Below are positions 63,823-64,000 of a stretch of DNA of 64,000 bases, one piece after another. Positions within the stretch are counted from its first letter, which is position 1. Each line of letters starts with the position of its first letter. Source of the stretch: Terriglobia bacterium (lineage in GTDB: Bacteria > Acidobacteriota > Terriglobia > JAJPHL01 > JAPKYU01); NCBI GenBank assembly GCA_965206645.1, contig CBDBKE010000003.1, positions 672,001-736,000 on the forward strand. Direction: 5' to 3'. The notes beneath the pieces were generated by a model. It saw only the letters and a list, made by a program, of their open reading frames with translations. It had not been told where the DNA came from and made no database searches. A program made the translations under genes and the position numbers.

Positions 63823-64000
63823 GTGGAAGACTGGGAAAGCGTCGCGTTACGGGGACCGGCGCTGGACTACGACTGGGTAACAGATCGGCTGGCCGTGGGC
63901 GGCGCCATTTGGACCCGCAGAAACATGCAATTGTTGGCCGCCGCCGGCATCACCCATGTTGTGAACATGCAGCTGGAGTTCAACGACTCGCAGATCTCCG
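63823..64000 (+). CDS. Dual-specificity phosphatase-like protein (runs off window)
   Basis: YDWVTDRLAVGG...AGITHVVNMQ N-terminal DSP pattern. Confidence 0.65.
   Translation, partial: MEDWESVALRGPALDYDWVTDRLAVGGAIWTRRNMQLLAAAGITHVVNMQLEFNDSQIS

Overview
GC-rich bacterial chromosome segment, most likely Acidobacteriota (three Acidobacterial-type VWA proteins, a TIGR03437-like C-terminal domain, several lineage-typical hypotheticals). Core content: a hybrid SUF/ISC Fe-S cluster (sufS-sufU-sufT-Rrf2-iscS-iscA), a type IV minor pilin operon, thiolase, PilZ, corA, citrate synthase, kdsB-pyrG-NUDIX, nnr-tsaE-SDR, mlaDFE, tsaD, a DnaC-like ATPase, EF-G II, an MltD-like protein and a histone-like repeat protein. 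From 12.9 to 29.1 kb is a decayed accessory region: an IS1380 hit by an IS30, an integrative-element remnant ending at a half tRNA-Val, a kinase-methyltransferase/sulfatase-like module broken by an IS3, and an IS21 carrying a nested IS1380 and a passenger-bearing IS1595; this IS21 truncates corA. Signals the ORF track misses: tRNA-Sec lying between two probable UGA-readthrough thioredoxin-fold selenoproteins with SECIS-like hairpins, one of them with an unusual C-terminal Sec, and three stand-alone sigma70 mini-transcripts (a 21-aa Lys-rich peptide, a structured RNA of about 200 nt with a 15-codon ORF, and a hairpin sRNA of about 70 nt). All calls come from reading the sequence; no searches were run.
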